From: a virus
Lineage: Duplodnaviria > Caudoviricetes
Strand: one strand, 5' to 3'
Virus record (IMG/VR): IMGVR_UViG_3300033067_000735
Span: 1-37,979 of that record
DNA length: 37,979 nucleotides
Within the stretch, counting starts at the first letter, position 1, and each line of letters opens with the position of its first letter. The notes below the pieces were generated by a model that ran no database searches, was not told the DNA's origin, and worked only from the letters and a program-made list of their open reading frames with translations. The translations under genes and the position numbers were made by a program. Of this stretch, positions 1 through 7,695 are shown one piece after another.

Positions 1-153
1 GAGCCAGTCGCGCCACTCGACCTCGGTTTCGCTGTCGAGCGGAAAGCCGTTGACGTAGCCGTCCGCCAGCACCTTGCGGCACAGGGCGATGTCAGCCCGA
101 AGCTCGGCGTCGGTGTGCTGCTCGGTGCGGCCGTGGAAGGGGGGTGTGGTCAT
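1..153 (-). CDS. Early leftward hypothetical protein, runs off the window edge (MTTPPFHGRTEQHTDAELRADIALCRKVL...)
   Basis: ATG at 153 with the same GAGGG RBS context as the 237..443 gene; open to position 1. Confidence 0.7.
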   Translation of the reverse strand, partial: MTTPPFHGRTEQHTDAELRADIALCRKVLADGYVNGFPLDSETEVEWRDWL

Positions 154-171
154 GTCAGGCCCTCGTGTTCG
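146..171 (-). repeat. 26-bp direct repeat, copy 1 (CGAACACGAGGGCCTGACATGACCAC on minus strand)
   Basis: Exact match to 436..461; covers RBS, ATG and first codons. Confidence 0.95.
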
Positions 172-217
172 GTAGGGAAGTGGCCGGTATTTCTTCCCGC
201 GCCCCGGCCGGCTCGGG

Positions 218-233
218 TTAGCCGCGCGGCTAA
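218..233. other. Perfect 16-bp palindrome TTAGCCGCGCGGCTAA between early genes
   Basis: Seen directly; lies just after the stop of 237..443; no U-tract, so function is unclear. Confidence 0.5.
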
Positions 234-236
234 GCC

Positions 237-443
237 CTAATTCCAGCCGTTGCCCCGATAGCCGGGGACGAAGAACAGACGCTCCTGCTTGACGCCCTTG
301 CGCGGGTCGTAGACCTCGCCGGGGGTGTGGGCGAGGTAGGTGACCTTGGCGGCGAAGTCCTCGCCCTCGGTCATCTCCATGTTGCCGCCGTGGCGGGCGA
401 TGCAGACGATCTCGAACTTCTCGGTGGTGGTGGCGGTGGTCAT
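237..443 (-). CDS. First gene of the leftward early operon, hypothetical 68 aa
   Basis: ORF with RBS immediately downstream of the left operators. Confidence 0.75.
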   Translation of the reverse strand: MTTATTTEKFEIVCIARHGGNMEMTEGEDFAAKVTYLAHTPGEVYDPRKGVKQERLFFVPGYRGNGWN

Positions 444-461
444 GTCAGGCCCTCGTGTTCG
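436..461 (-). repeat. 26-bp direct repeat, copy 2
   Basis: Exact match to 146..171. Confidence 0.95.
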
Positions 462-470
462 ATGGCCTAC

Positions 471-521
471 GTTACCACAGCGGCAACATACTTCAAGTCA
501 AATCGTTACCGTTTCGGCAAC
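471..521. promoter_or_regulatory. Left operators (471..487 and 505..521), GTTACC-N4-CGGCAAC, over the probable pL promoter
   Basis: gttacc acag cggcaac and gttacc gttt cggcaac; same motif occurs twice between cI and cro; TTGACT/TTGAAG -35-like hexamers on the minus strand between them. Confidence 0.85.
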
Positions 522-567
522 AAAATGCATAGCCGTTCCCGATCAACGGGTTAGGTTGCAGAATCGG

Positions 568-885
568 CTAGGATGCGCGCTTGATCAGGCGGCTGACGAT
601 ATCGGCGGCCATCGCCTGGATATCGTCGGACTGGTCCTTGAGCATCGAGTCGATGCTTCGACGGGGCGGCGGCCGGAACAGCTCTTCCGTTTCAACGTCG
701 AGAGCGTCGGCCAAATGCGCCATTTTCTCAGGATTGAGGCGGTGTTGTTCCTTCACCCACCGCCAGACCGTGGTGCGGTCCATCTCCATCCGCCCGGCGA
801 GCGTCGCCGGGTTCAGCCCACGGAACGCGATCCATTCCTCTAGGTAGAGGTGCGGTCGAGCGTGCCGGCGGATGCGCGTTGCCAT
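568..885 (-). CDS. CI-like XRE-family HTH repressor, 105 aa, no S24 peptidase domain
   Basis: HTH LNPATLAGRMEMDRTTVWRW...LADALDV; divergent from a cro-like gene; flanked by operators; TAGGAT -10 six bases before ATG suggests a leaderless mRNA. Confidence 0.85.
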   Translation of the reverse strand: MATRIRRHARPHLYLEEWIAFRGLNPATLAGRMEMDRTTVWRWVKEQHRLNPEKMAHLADALDVETEELFRPPPRRSIDSMLKDQSDDIQAMAADIVSRLIKRAS

Positions 886-920
886 GCCGGAATCCTAGCC
901 GCATCAATCCGTTACAGTCT

Positions 921-973
921 GTTACCCGTTCGGCAACCGATTTCGCTTGCAATCCTGTTACCGACGCGGCAAC
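921..973. promoter_or_regulatory. Right operators (921..937 and 957..973) and pR (TTGCAA-N17-CAACAT)
   Basis: gttacc cgtt cggcaac and gttacc gacg cggcaac; -35 at 947..952 and -10 at 970..975. Confidence 0.85.
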
Positions 974-983
974 ATGCGCCACC

Positions 984-1184
984 ATGAAACACCCGATCAC
1001 CGCTTTTCGCGAAAAGCACAGCCTGACCGTCGGCGACCTTGCCATGCGGCTCAGCGTCAGCCGTCAGACCATCTGGCGCTGGGAGAACGAGAAGCGCCGG
1101 CCTGACGACCGGCTGCTCCCCATCGTGTCCAAGGTGACCGGCATTCCGATCGTGGATCTGATGAACTTGGACGAGGCCGCCTAG
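984..1184 (+). CDS. Cro-like XRE HTH protein, 66 aa
   Basis: MKHPITAFREKHSLTVGDLAMRLSVSRQTIWRWENEKRRP; divergent from repressor; start moved to ATG 984. Confidence 0.85.
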   Translation: MKHPITAFREKHSLTVGDLAMRLSVSRQTIWRWENEKRRPDDRLLPIVSKVTGIPIVDLMNLDEAA

Positions 1185-1444
1185 TGTCTCGGCCCAACCC
1201 CCATCGCGTCGAGGTAAGCCCGGATGATGGACACGTCGTGTCCGTCCTCCGGGCTGCTCTGCCTCGGCACGATGATCCGCATGATGGCGTGCCGCTCGGA
1301 GCCGTAACGCCGGTACAGTACGGTCTCGGACAGCACGTCGCCCGACGTGCATATGCCCCCGTCGGCGAACACCTCCGGTATCCCGTACAGGTTCAGAAGC
1401 GTCGGCCGGATCAGCCCGGCCGGCGGCGTGATGATGTTCGGCAT
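1181..1444 (-). CDS. Hypothetical 87-aa protein, convergent with cro
   Basis: G-rich RBS before ATG; protein-like composition; fills the gap after cro. Confidence 0.6.
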   Translation of the reverse strand: MPNIITPPAGLIRPTLLNLYGIPEVFADGGICTSGDVLSETVLYRRYGSERHAIMRIIVPRQSSPEDGHDVSIIRAYLDAMGVGPRH

Positions 1445-1587
1445 GTTCCCCCCAACCTTGTTGTGTCGGCGGAACGGTCGTTTTTCCCTCCAATGTCAGT
1501 GGACTCCGGGTTAGCCGGCAACGGATGTCTGGTTGAGGCGCGACCCTACGCAACGGCGGGTTTCCCCGCATATGGGGGGATTGACGC

Positions 1588-2001
1588 ATGAGCGACGCCG
1601 TAGCCGCCGGCCAGGTCCGTAGCATCATCGAGCGCATCCTTCGCCTCAAGAGCGAACAGGACGCCATCGGCGAGGACGTGAAGGAAGTCTACGCCGAGGC
1701 CAAGTCGAACGGGCTCGACAAGACACGCCTCGGCGAGGTCGTCGCCTACATCCGCAAGCGCGAGAAGCGGGGCGCTCAGGAGATGGCCGAGGCCGATGCG
1801 ATTTTCGGCCTGTATCTCGCCGCCTACGAGGGCAGCCTCGCACCCGCACGCGCCCGCGTAGAAATCATTGAGGAAATTGCACCGAACAAGAGCTTGGAGC
1901 CCGCCCTGGGGCCTACCACAGCGACGCCGGCTCCCGCTGCCAAGGAAGCGCCGGCACCCATTCCCATGCGTCCCGAAGCCCTGGAGGGTGACGAGCCGTG
2001 A
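1588..2001 (+). CDS. gapR: GapR/DUF2312-family nucleoid-associated DNA-binding protein with Pro/Ala-rich tail
   Basis: VAAGQVRSIIERILRLKSEQDAIGEDVKEVYAEAKSNGLD matches the GapR pattern. Confidence 0.85.
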   Translation: MSDAVAAGQVRSIIERILRLKSEQDAIGEDVKEVYAEAKSNGLDKTRLGEVVAYIRKREKRGAQEMAEADAIFGLYLAAYEGSLAPARARVEIIEEIAPNKSLEPALGPTTATPAPAAKEAPAPIPMRPEALEGDEP

Positions 2002-2180
2002 GTGTCCCCACCCCCATGGACTGCATCGCCCCCGAGTGCGTGAGCCCTCTGCGCTGCTCTGACTCTGGCAAGTGCCGTGAGCGGGTGAGGGACGGCTACC
2101 AGTCTTACAGCGACGCGATTGCCGAATGCCGGACGAGGGGCGTCATCCCTGCGTCGTGGGTGAGGGAGGAACGGGAGTGA
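1998..2180 (+). CDS. Small Cys-rich hypothetical protein
   Basis: GTGA overlaps with both neighbours. Confidence 0.65.
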   Translation: MSVPTPMDCIAPECVSPLRCSDSGKCRERVRDGYQSYSDAIAECRTRGVIPASWVREERE

Positions 2181-2863
2181 CGATCCACTACCACGGGACG
2201 CCCCTGACGCCACGACCGGCCCTGATGACCATGGCCGGAAAGCACTTCTGTGTGTCGTTCGCAGCCCCGAACGATCTCAAGACGTGCCTGTCCATCGGGC
2301 AGTCCGTGATGTTGGACAACGGGGCATTCTCTGCTTTCACGCAAGGCAACGCGGTCGACATCCACGGCTATCACGAGTGGCTTGACCCTGTCCTCCATGC
2401 CCCCCATTGGGCCGTCATCCCAGACAAGATCAACGGCAGCGTGGACGACCAGCGCGCCATGATGGTTGGGTGGCCGTTCCCGCCCATGCGGTCGGCCCCG
2501 GTCTGGCATTTGGGGCTTTCGACGGATTGGCTCCTAGAACTGGCCGACAAGTGGCCGCGCATCTGCTTCGGCAGCTCTGGCCGGTACTGGCAAGTTGGCT
2601 CGCCGGACTGGTGTCGGCGGGTTGACGAGGCGTTTGACACACTCGCACGCCGCCATCCCAGACTGCCCGACATTCACATGCTGCGCGGCATGGCGATGTG
2701 CGGCGACCGCTGGCCGTTCGCCTCCGTCGATAGCGTCAACGTCGCCCGCAACTACAAAGACACGAACACCGACCCCGAGCGCATGGCCCGGCGCATCGAT
2801 AGCGTCCAGTGCCCTGGCGGTTGGTTCATCAAACCCGAGCAGCAAGGACTTTTCGCAGCATGA
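2177..2863 (+). CDS. TGT-fold (queuine tRNA-ribosyltransferase/DpdA-like) transglycosylase
   Basis: GTG start with GGAG RBS; motifs IHYHGTP, LDNGAFS, IPD, PVWH, GSSG, HMLRG, SVDS; coupled to a VUT transporter. Confidence 0.7.
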   Translation: MTIHYHGTPLTPRPALMTMAGKHFCVSFAAPNDLKTCLSIGQSVMLDNGAFSAFTQGNAVDIHGYHEWLDPVLHAPHWAVIPDKINGSVDDQRAMMVGWPFPPMRSAPVWHLGLSTDWLLELADKWPRICFGSSGRYWQVGSPDWCRRVDEAFDTLARRHPRLPDIHMLRGMAMCGDRWPFASVDSVNVARNYKDTNTDPERMARRIDSVQCPGGWFIKPEQQGLFAA

Positions 2864-3429
2864 TTGGTTATCTCGCGCTTGCGGCATTCGCCCTGACCGT
2901 GCCCGCGGCGAACTGGCTGATCGGCAACGTAGGGACCGAGTGCATACCGGAAGGTCCGTGCCTGATCCCCGTGGGGTTTGGTCTGATGGCCCCGAGCGGT
3001 GTCCTGATGATCGGCCTGGCTCTCGTGCTGCGGGATGTCGTTCACCGCTATCTCGGCGCAGCCTGGGCCATCGCTGCGATCCTCATCGGAGGGGGGCTAT
3101 CCGCTCTTTTCGCGCCCCCCGCTTTGGCCGTCGCGTCGACCGTCGCTTTTCTGCTGTCGGAGACGGCAGACCTTCTTGTGTATGCGCCGCTCTATCGAAA
3201 GAGGCTGATCGCGGCTGTGGTTGCGTCCGGGGTTGCCGGTGCCGTCATTGATAGCGGCGTGTTCCTTTGGCTGGCGTTCGGGTCGTTCGACTTCATCGCA
3301 GGTCAAGTGCTCGGTAAATTTTGGCTGACGCTGCTCGCCGTGCCGCCGCTCCTGATGGTCCGTCTCATCGAGCGCCGGGATGCACGCCGACCGCCCATCG
3401 AAGAACATCAGGAGAGGTATTGGTCGTGA
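2860..3429 (+). CDS. VUT/YhhQ-family queuosine-precursor transporter
   Basis: Multi-pass membrane protein with ANW, GLALVLRD, AFLLSETADLLVY, IDSGVFLWLAFG and GQVLGK motifs. Confidence 0.85.
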   Translation: MIGYLALAAFALTVPAANWLIGNVGTECIPEGPCLIPVGFGLMAPSGVLMIGLALVLRDVVHRYLGAAWAIAAILIGGGLSALFAPPALAVASTVAFLLSETADLLVYAPLYRKRLIAAVVASGVAGAVIDSGVFLWLAFGSFDFIAGQVLGKFWLTLLAVPPLLMVRLIERRDARRPPIEEHQERYWS

Positions 3430-3806
3430 CCGAGCTGGATCTGCAGAAATTCACCGTGTCGCTGCTGCGGTTCAATTCGGCGGATCGGGTGATCTGGTTC
3501 GCCGTGCCCAATGGCGAGAGCCGATCGGCCCGCACCGGGGCGAAGCTCAAGGCCATGGGCGTTCGGCCTGGCGTCGCGGACATGGTGATCGTGCTGCCGC
3601 GCGGCGTCGCCTGCTTCCTCGAGTTGAAGGCGGCCGGCGGCAGGCTGAGCGACCGGCAGAAGGTGTTTCGCACGTTCTGCGAACTGAACGGCGCGCCCTA
3701 CGCGGTCGCTGCCAGCCCCGAGGAAGTCGAGCGCATCCTTCGGGAGTGGGGCGCCATCGGACGGGTCGAGCCCGCCCGCCCCGTGGCCATGGCGGTGGCA
3801 GCATGA
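3426..3806 (+). CDS. VRR-NUC family nuclease / Holliday junction resolvase
   Basis: AVPNG...GVRPGVAD...FLELKAAGGRLSDRQ PD-(D/E)xK motif. Confidence 0.85.
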   Translation: MTELDLQKFTVSLLRFNSADRVIWFAVPNGESRSARTGAKLKAMGVRPGVADMVIVLPRGVACFLELKAAGGRLSDRQKVFRTFCELNGAPYAVAASPEEVERILREWGAIGRVEPARPVAMAVAA

Positions 3807-4015
3807 GCGCGTGGCCCGACGACAGCGCTGTCAGCGCGCGCCGCTCGCGCATCGCGACGTGTCTCGCCAGGGGTTCCGCCGTCTGCCCGTCGTGCACCCA
3901 GGAACACGCGGAAGCGGGCTGGGAACACCTAGAGAAGCCGTGGAGCATCACGCCGCTCTGCCGCGACTGCGGCGAGCCGCTGCGGATGCCGGAACATCAG
4001 GGGAGGGCAGCGTGA
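3803..4015 (+). CDS. Small zinc-ribbon protein
   Basis: CPSC...CRDC; ATGA/GTGA overlaps. Confidence 0.65.
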   Translation: MSAWPDDSAVSARRSRIATCLARGSAVCPSCTQEHAEAGWEHLEKPWSITPLCRDCGEPLRMPEHQGRAA

Positions 4016-4407
4016 CGGAACTGCGGAGGTGGTCTGAGTTTTCGGAGAGCGAGAGGGCCGAAGCCGTAGCCAAGGCGCGGCACATCATTGCCGAGGCGCG
4101 CGGCGGCATGTGGCACTGGCACACGGTCGCCAAGCAGTGCGGCTGCAAAAGCGGGGACGGTATCCGCCGCGCGCTCGACCCGACTTGGCGCGAGGCGTGC
4201 GCCGCGAAGAAGCGTGAGGCGAAGGGCGATCCGGGCGTCGTGGCTGCCCGGCACAATATGCACGCCGAGGCCCGATCCGGGAAGGTCGACCACGACACGT
4301 TCGCGGCCCGGCTGGCGGAAATCCCGCCCGACACGCGCAACCTGACCGGCGTCGTGTTCGGCGACCCTCTGCCCGGCCGTTCCGCGCTCGCCCGGAGGCA
4401 CGCATGA
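4012..4407 (+). CDS. Hypothetical phage protein
   Basis: Coupled ORF; C-terminal DTRNLTGVVFGDPLPGRSAL resembles a recurring motif in rhizobial prophage proteins. Confidence 0.7.
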   Translation: MTELRRWSEFSESERAEAVAKARHIIAEARGGMWHWHTVAKQCGCKSGDGIRRALDPTWREACAAKKREAKGDPGVVAARHNMHAEARSGKVDHDTFAARLAEIPPDTRNLTGVVFGDPLPGRSALARRHA

Positions 4408-4931
4408 CCGGCTGGACGGAAGAGCGCCTGACCCGCGCCGAAGCTCTCTGGCGCGGCGGGCACATGTCGGCGCGGGACATCGCTGCGGACATCGGCGGCG
4501 GACTGACCCGCAACGCCATCATCGGCAAGGCGCACCGCGGGAAGTGGGGCGAGCGGCCGCGTATCGGCCGGCAGGGGCAGGGCAGGCCGCCCAAGGCTGA
4601 CCGCCCGAAGTCGCACAAGCAGACCATCCGCAAGCCGCCGCGCCCGGTCGAGCGCAACTACAGCCTCGGCTTCGGCTCTCGGTTTCAGTCCGAAGTCCCG
4701 GTGCCGCCGACGCCCGTCATCGAGCCGCCCACGCCGCCCGTCGCGCGCATGGTGTCGCTCATGGACCTCAAGTTCGGCGATTGCCGCTTCCCGCTCGGCG
4801 ACCCGCGGCATGCCGACTTCGGCTACTGCGGCGCCAAGGCGGCTCCGGGCCGGTCGTACTGCGACTGGCACGCACAGCTGGCCTATCAGCCCGTCCAGAC
4901 CCGGCGGCAGCGGGAGGCGGCGCACGCATGA
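4404..4931 (+). CDS. gcrA: GcrA-family cell-cycle transcription regulator
   Basis: N-terminal WTEER...LW...SA..IA...TRNAIIGKAHR and C-terminal CRFPLGDP...FGYCG...YCDWH..LAYQ. Confidence 0.92.
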   Translation: MTGWTEERLTRAEALWRGGHMSARDIAADIGGGLTRNAIIGKAHRGKWGERPRIGRQGQGRPPKADRPKSHKQTIRKPPRPVERNYSLGFGSRFQSEVPVPPTPVIEPPTPPVARMVSLMDLKFGDCRFPLGDPRHADFGYCGAKAAPGRSYCDWHAQLAYQPVQTRRQREAAHA

Positions 4932-5296
4932 TGACCCGCTCCGCCGTCGCCTTCTACACGCCGAAGGGAGGAAGCATGGAAGCGATGCCGCCTGTCATCG
5001 TCTCGCCCTACGGGGTCGAGTTCTCATACGAAGCCCCGGCGCCCCAGCCGAAGTCAATGCGCGCGATCTGCGAAGAGGTCGCCGCGACGCATGGGGTTTC
5101 GCTTCTCGACCTTCGGAGCGACCGCCGGCACGAGCGGCTTTGTGTCGCCCGCGACGAAGCGATGTGGCGATGCCGCCAGGAGACGACGGCCAGCCTGCCG
5201 ATGATCGGGCGCGCTCTCGGCAATCGGCACCACAGCACGATCCTGTTCGGCATCCGGCGCCACGAAGAGCGCCTGGCCAAAGCGAGGTCAGAATGA
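4928..5296 (+). CDS. DnaA C-terminal (domain IV)-like HTH protein
   Basis: VAATHGVSLLDLRSDRR...ARDEAMW...SLPMIGRALGNRHHSTILFGIRR. Confidence 0.85.
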   Translation: MMTRSAVAFYTPKGGSMEAMPPVIVSPYGVEFSYEAPAPQPKSMRAICEEVAATHGVSLLDLRSDRRHERLCVARDEAMWRCRQETTASLPMIGRALGNRHHSTILFGIRRHEERLAKARSE

Positions 5297-6330
5297 GCCG
5301 CATACGGTCGATCCATCCCGGCCTGTGGACTGACGAGGCCTTCGCCACGCTGCCCGACGCCGCGGGGCTGCTCTACATCGGATTGCTCAACGAGGCCGAC
5401 GACAACGGCGTCTTCGAGTGGAAGCCCGTCACGATCAAGATGCGGCTCAAACCGGCCTCTGCCCTGACGCCGGGTGAAATCGAGGCCACGCTCACTGCAA
5501 TTGAGCAGTCCGGCATGATCCAGCGGTTCGCCGCCGGGGGAAAACACTATGGGGCAGTTCGGAACTTCGTCCGCTGGCAGCGCCCGAAGAGGCCTAAGGC
5601 GGTCCACCCAATGCCGTCTGATATTACCTTTTTGGGCTTTGATGCTGACGGCAAGCGCCCGCGCGCCGGAACTGGACGGCCTTCTGACGACGATGAAGAC
5701 GACGTTGTTCCGAACACGGCCGGAACTAGTTCCGAACAAACGCGCCAGAGGGAGGATGAAGGAGGAAGGAGGGAAGAGGGAGAGGAAGGAAGAAACAACA
5801 ACCCCCCCTCGACGAGCGAGGGGGGCGATGGCGAGCCCATCGCAACCGAGCCGAAGGCAAGGGCGGAACCTGAGCGCACCCCGGACGAAATCCCGGCGGC
5901 CTTCGACCGGCGCGTCTACCCGGAAGCCTTCGAGGCCCTGTGGGAGGTATACCGGCCGATAGCGGCCAAGAACGCGACGAAGGCCGATGCGTGCGCCGGG
6001 TGGCGCATCCTCAGCGAGCCCGACAAGGCGGCGTGCCTCGACGGGCTGCGGCTTTACGCGGCATGGCTCGGCGAGGAAGCGCAGCGCCGGGACGGGACGA
6101 AGGTCAAGCATCTCGCCACCTTCATCGAAAAACGGGCGTGGGAGCCGTTGCTTGAGGCACGGCCGGCGGCGCGAAGCGCAACCCTGTGGGTGCCCGACGA
6201 TGACGAGCGCTGGCCTGTGGTGGCCGAACGCTGGCGCGCCGAGAAGGGCAAGCCGCCGCCGGCCGTGGCCGGTTCGCACGGGGCGCGCGGCCAGGGCTGG
6301 CACTTCCCCGCCGAGTGGGTGGCGCACTGA
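5293..6330 (+). CDS. Phage replication initiator (lambda O-like position)
   Basis: MSRIRSIHPGLWTDE...ADDNG N-terminus; low-complexity linker containing iteron-like DNA; C-terminal FEALWEVY...KHLATFI domain. Confidence 0.8.
   Translation: MSRIRSIHPGLWTDEAFATLPDAAGLLYIGLLNEADDNGVFEWKPVTIKMRLKPASALTPGEIEATLTAIEQSGMIQRFAAGGKHYGAVRNFVRWQRPKRPKAVHPMPSDITFLGFDADGKRPRAGTGRPSDDDEDDVVPNTAGTSSEQTRQREDEGGRREEGEEGRNNNPPSTSEGGDGEPIATEPKARAEPERTPDEIPAAFDRRVYPEAFEALWEVYRPIAAKNATKADACAGWRILSEPDKAACLDGLRLYAAWLGEEAQRRDGTKVKHLATFIEKRAWEPLLEARPAARSATLWVPDDDERWPVVAERWRAEKGKPPPAVAGSHGARGQGWHFPAEWVAH
5556..5826. other. Putative replication origin inside the initiator gene
   Basis: GTTCnGAAC palindromes at 5557, 5707 and 5729; CCGGAACT at 5666 and 5720; then a long purine tract and a CCCCCCTCG/CGAGGGGGG inverted repeat. 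Confidence 0.6.
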
Positions 6331-6524
6331 TGGCGGACCAGCTCACCGACCTGATCCGTCACGCCGAGGCCCTTGTCGCCTCGATCAACTACGACGACAG
6401 CGGCACGAACGGGCAGGGCGGCAACGGCGGGCTGATCTCGCGGGAGACGATCCGGAAGACGGATGCCCTCCGCATGGCGATCTACGAGGCCAAACGGCAG
6501 GAAAGGGACGCCGACCATGGTTGA
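6330..6524 (+). CDS. Hypothetical 64-aa protein
   Basis: TGATG coupling with the initiator gene. Confidence 0.7.
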   Translation: MADQLTDLIRHAEALVASINYDDSGTNGQGGNGGLISRETIRKTDALRMAIYEAKRQERDADHG

Positions 6525-7206
6525 GCCTGTGACGCTGCTCGACGGGCGGGTGACGCTGTATCTGGGCGATTGCCGCAGCATTTTGCCGACGCTGGGCAAG
6601 GTCGATGCCGTGGTGACAGACCCGCCTTATGGGATCAGGGCAAACGAAAATCCCGTCAGGTCAAAGTGGGGCAAAGACGTCATTCAGGGCGGCAACTGGG
6701 ACCGCGACAGGCCCCCCGCATCCGTGATGCATGCGATGCGGGAAGTGAGCGACCATCAAATTATCTGGGGCGGAAACTACTTCACGGATTATCTCCCGCC
6801 GTCGATGCAGTGGCTTATCTGGGATAAGGGCTCGCGGGAGTTTTCTCTGGCTGACTGCGAGATGGCGTGGTCATCAAAGCACGCAGCCGCCCGTATCATA
6901 AGCTATTCGAGGGCGAAAGCGCAGCAGGACGGCAAGGAACACCCGACGCAGAAGCCGATCGAGGTCATGGAGTGGGCGATCAGCCAACTGCCGCTGCCGT
7001 CCGACACGATCCTCGATCCGTTCATGGGGAGCGGCACAACTGGCGTTGCCGCTGTGAAGCTAGGCCGCCGCTTCATCGGCATTGAGATCGAAGAGCGTTA
7101 CTTCCAAATCGCATGCAGGCGCATCGAGGAGGCTTCCAAGCAGTTAGACTTTTTCGTCAGGCATGACGATCCCAAGCCCGAAACCGCGCTGCTGCCAGGT
7201 ATGTAG
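6517..7206 (+). CDS. Orphan beta-class N6-adenine/N4-cytosine DNA methyltransferase
   Basis: DPPY precedes HPTQKP and DPFMGSGTT; no cognate restriction gene seen. Confidence 0.92.
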   Translation: MVEPVTLLDGRVTLYLGDCRSILPTLGKVDAVVTDPPYGIRANENPVRSKWGKDVIQGGNWDRDRPPASVMHAMREVSDHQIIWGGNYFTDYLPPSMQWLIWDKGSREFSLADCEMAWSSKHAAARIISYSRAKAQQDGKEHPTQKPIEVMEWAISQLPLPSDTILDPFMGSGTTGVAAVKLGRRFIGIEIEERYFQIACRRIEEASKQLDFFVRHDDPKPETALLPGM

Positions 7207-7695
7207 CCGATGGCAATTAGCGCAAAGAAGTTCAAGGTTCCCGGCATTCGCCTCCCAATCACGGAAGCGCCTGCCCCAAGTGTATCCGGTCTTCGGCCGT
7301 ACCTTGGTCGATGGGTCGATGTGGTTGATGTCAAGCGCCCGCACGTCGGCGAAGCCGCACTCTCGGCACTTGCCACCGAGCGCTTCGATCAGCGCCAGCT
7401 TACGGCGCCAATTGCGCGGATGCCTGTGCGTTTTGGCACCATGAAGGTTCCAGTAGTCCTTCTGGCATCTCGGTGTGCAGAACTGGGTCGTGCACTTTGC
7501 GCCGCATTGCTTGCAGGCTCCCGTGCCGCCCCATCTGGCTTCCAGGTAGCAGGCTCGCCCGCAGTATTTCCCGGTCCCGTTTCGGAGCCGGTAGGAGTGC
7601 ATCTTGGCCTGCGATCCGCAGTGAGCGCATGTGATTTGTACTGGGTCTGTTCTCATGCTCCGACCCTATCAACATACGCTGTAAACGCAAGGCCC
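7096..7695 (-). mobile_element. 600-bp HNH cassette inserted in the methyltransferase 3' end
   Basis: The methyltransferase C-terminal coding segment occurs at 7096 and again at 7696, in frame, bracketing an antisense HNH gene with its own promoter-like element. Confidence 0.75.
7144..7656 (-). CDS. Zn-finger HNH (homing-type) endonuclease
   Basis: Several CxxC motifs; LGGKCRECG...LDINHID...NLELLCANCHRLH; TTGCGT-N16-TAGGGT six bases before ATG. Confidence 0.85.
   Translation of the reverse strand: MRTDPVQITCAHCGSQAKMHSYRLRNGTGKYCGRACYLEARWGGTGACKQCGAKCTTQFCTPRCQKDYWNLHGAKTHRHPRNWRRKLALIEALGGKCRECGFADVRALDINHIDPSTKVRPKTGYTWGRRFRDWEANAGNLELLCANCHRLHTWQQRGFGLGIVMPDEKV

Noticed and set aside
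5712-5737. GAAC-N7-GAAC matches to the alphaproteobacterial LexA box
   Set aside because: Inside the initiator coding region, far from a promoter; better explained as origin iterons
6517-7206. Calling the methyltransferase CcrM because GcrA is nearby
   Set aside because: Only 229 aa and lacks the CcrM C-terminal domain; specificity cannot be read from the sequence
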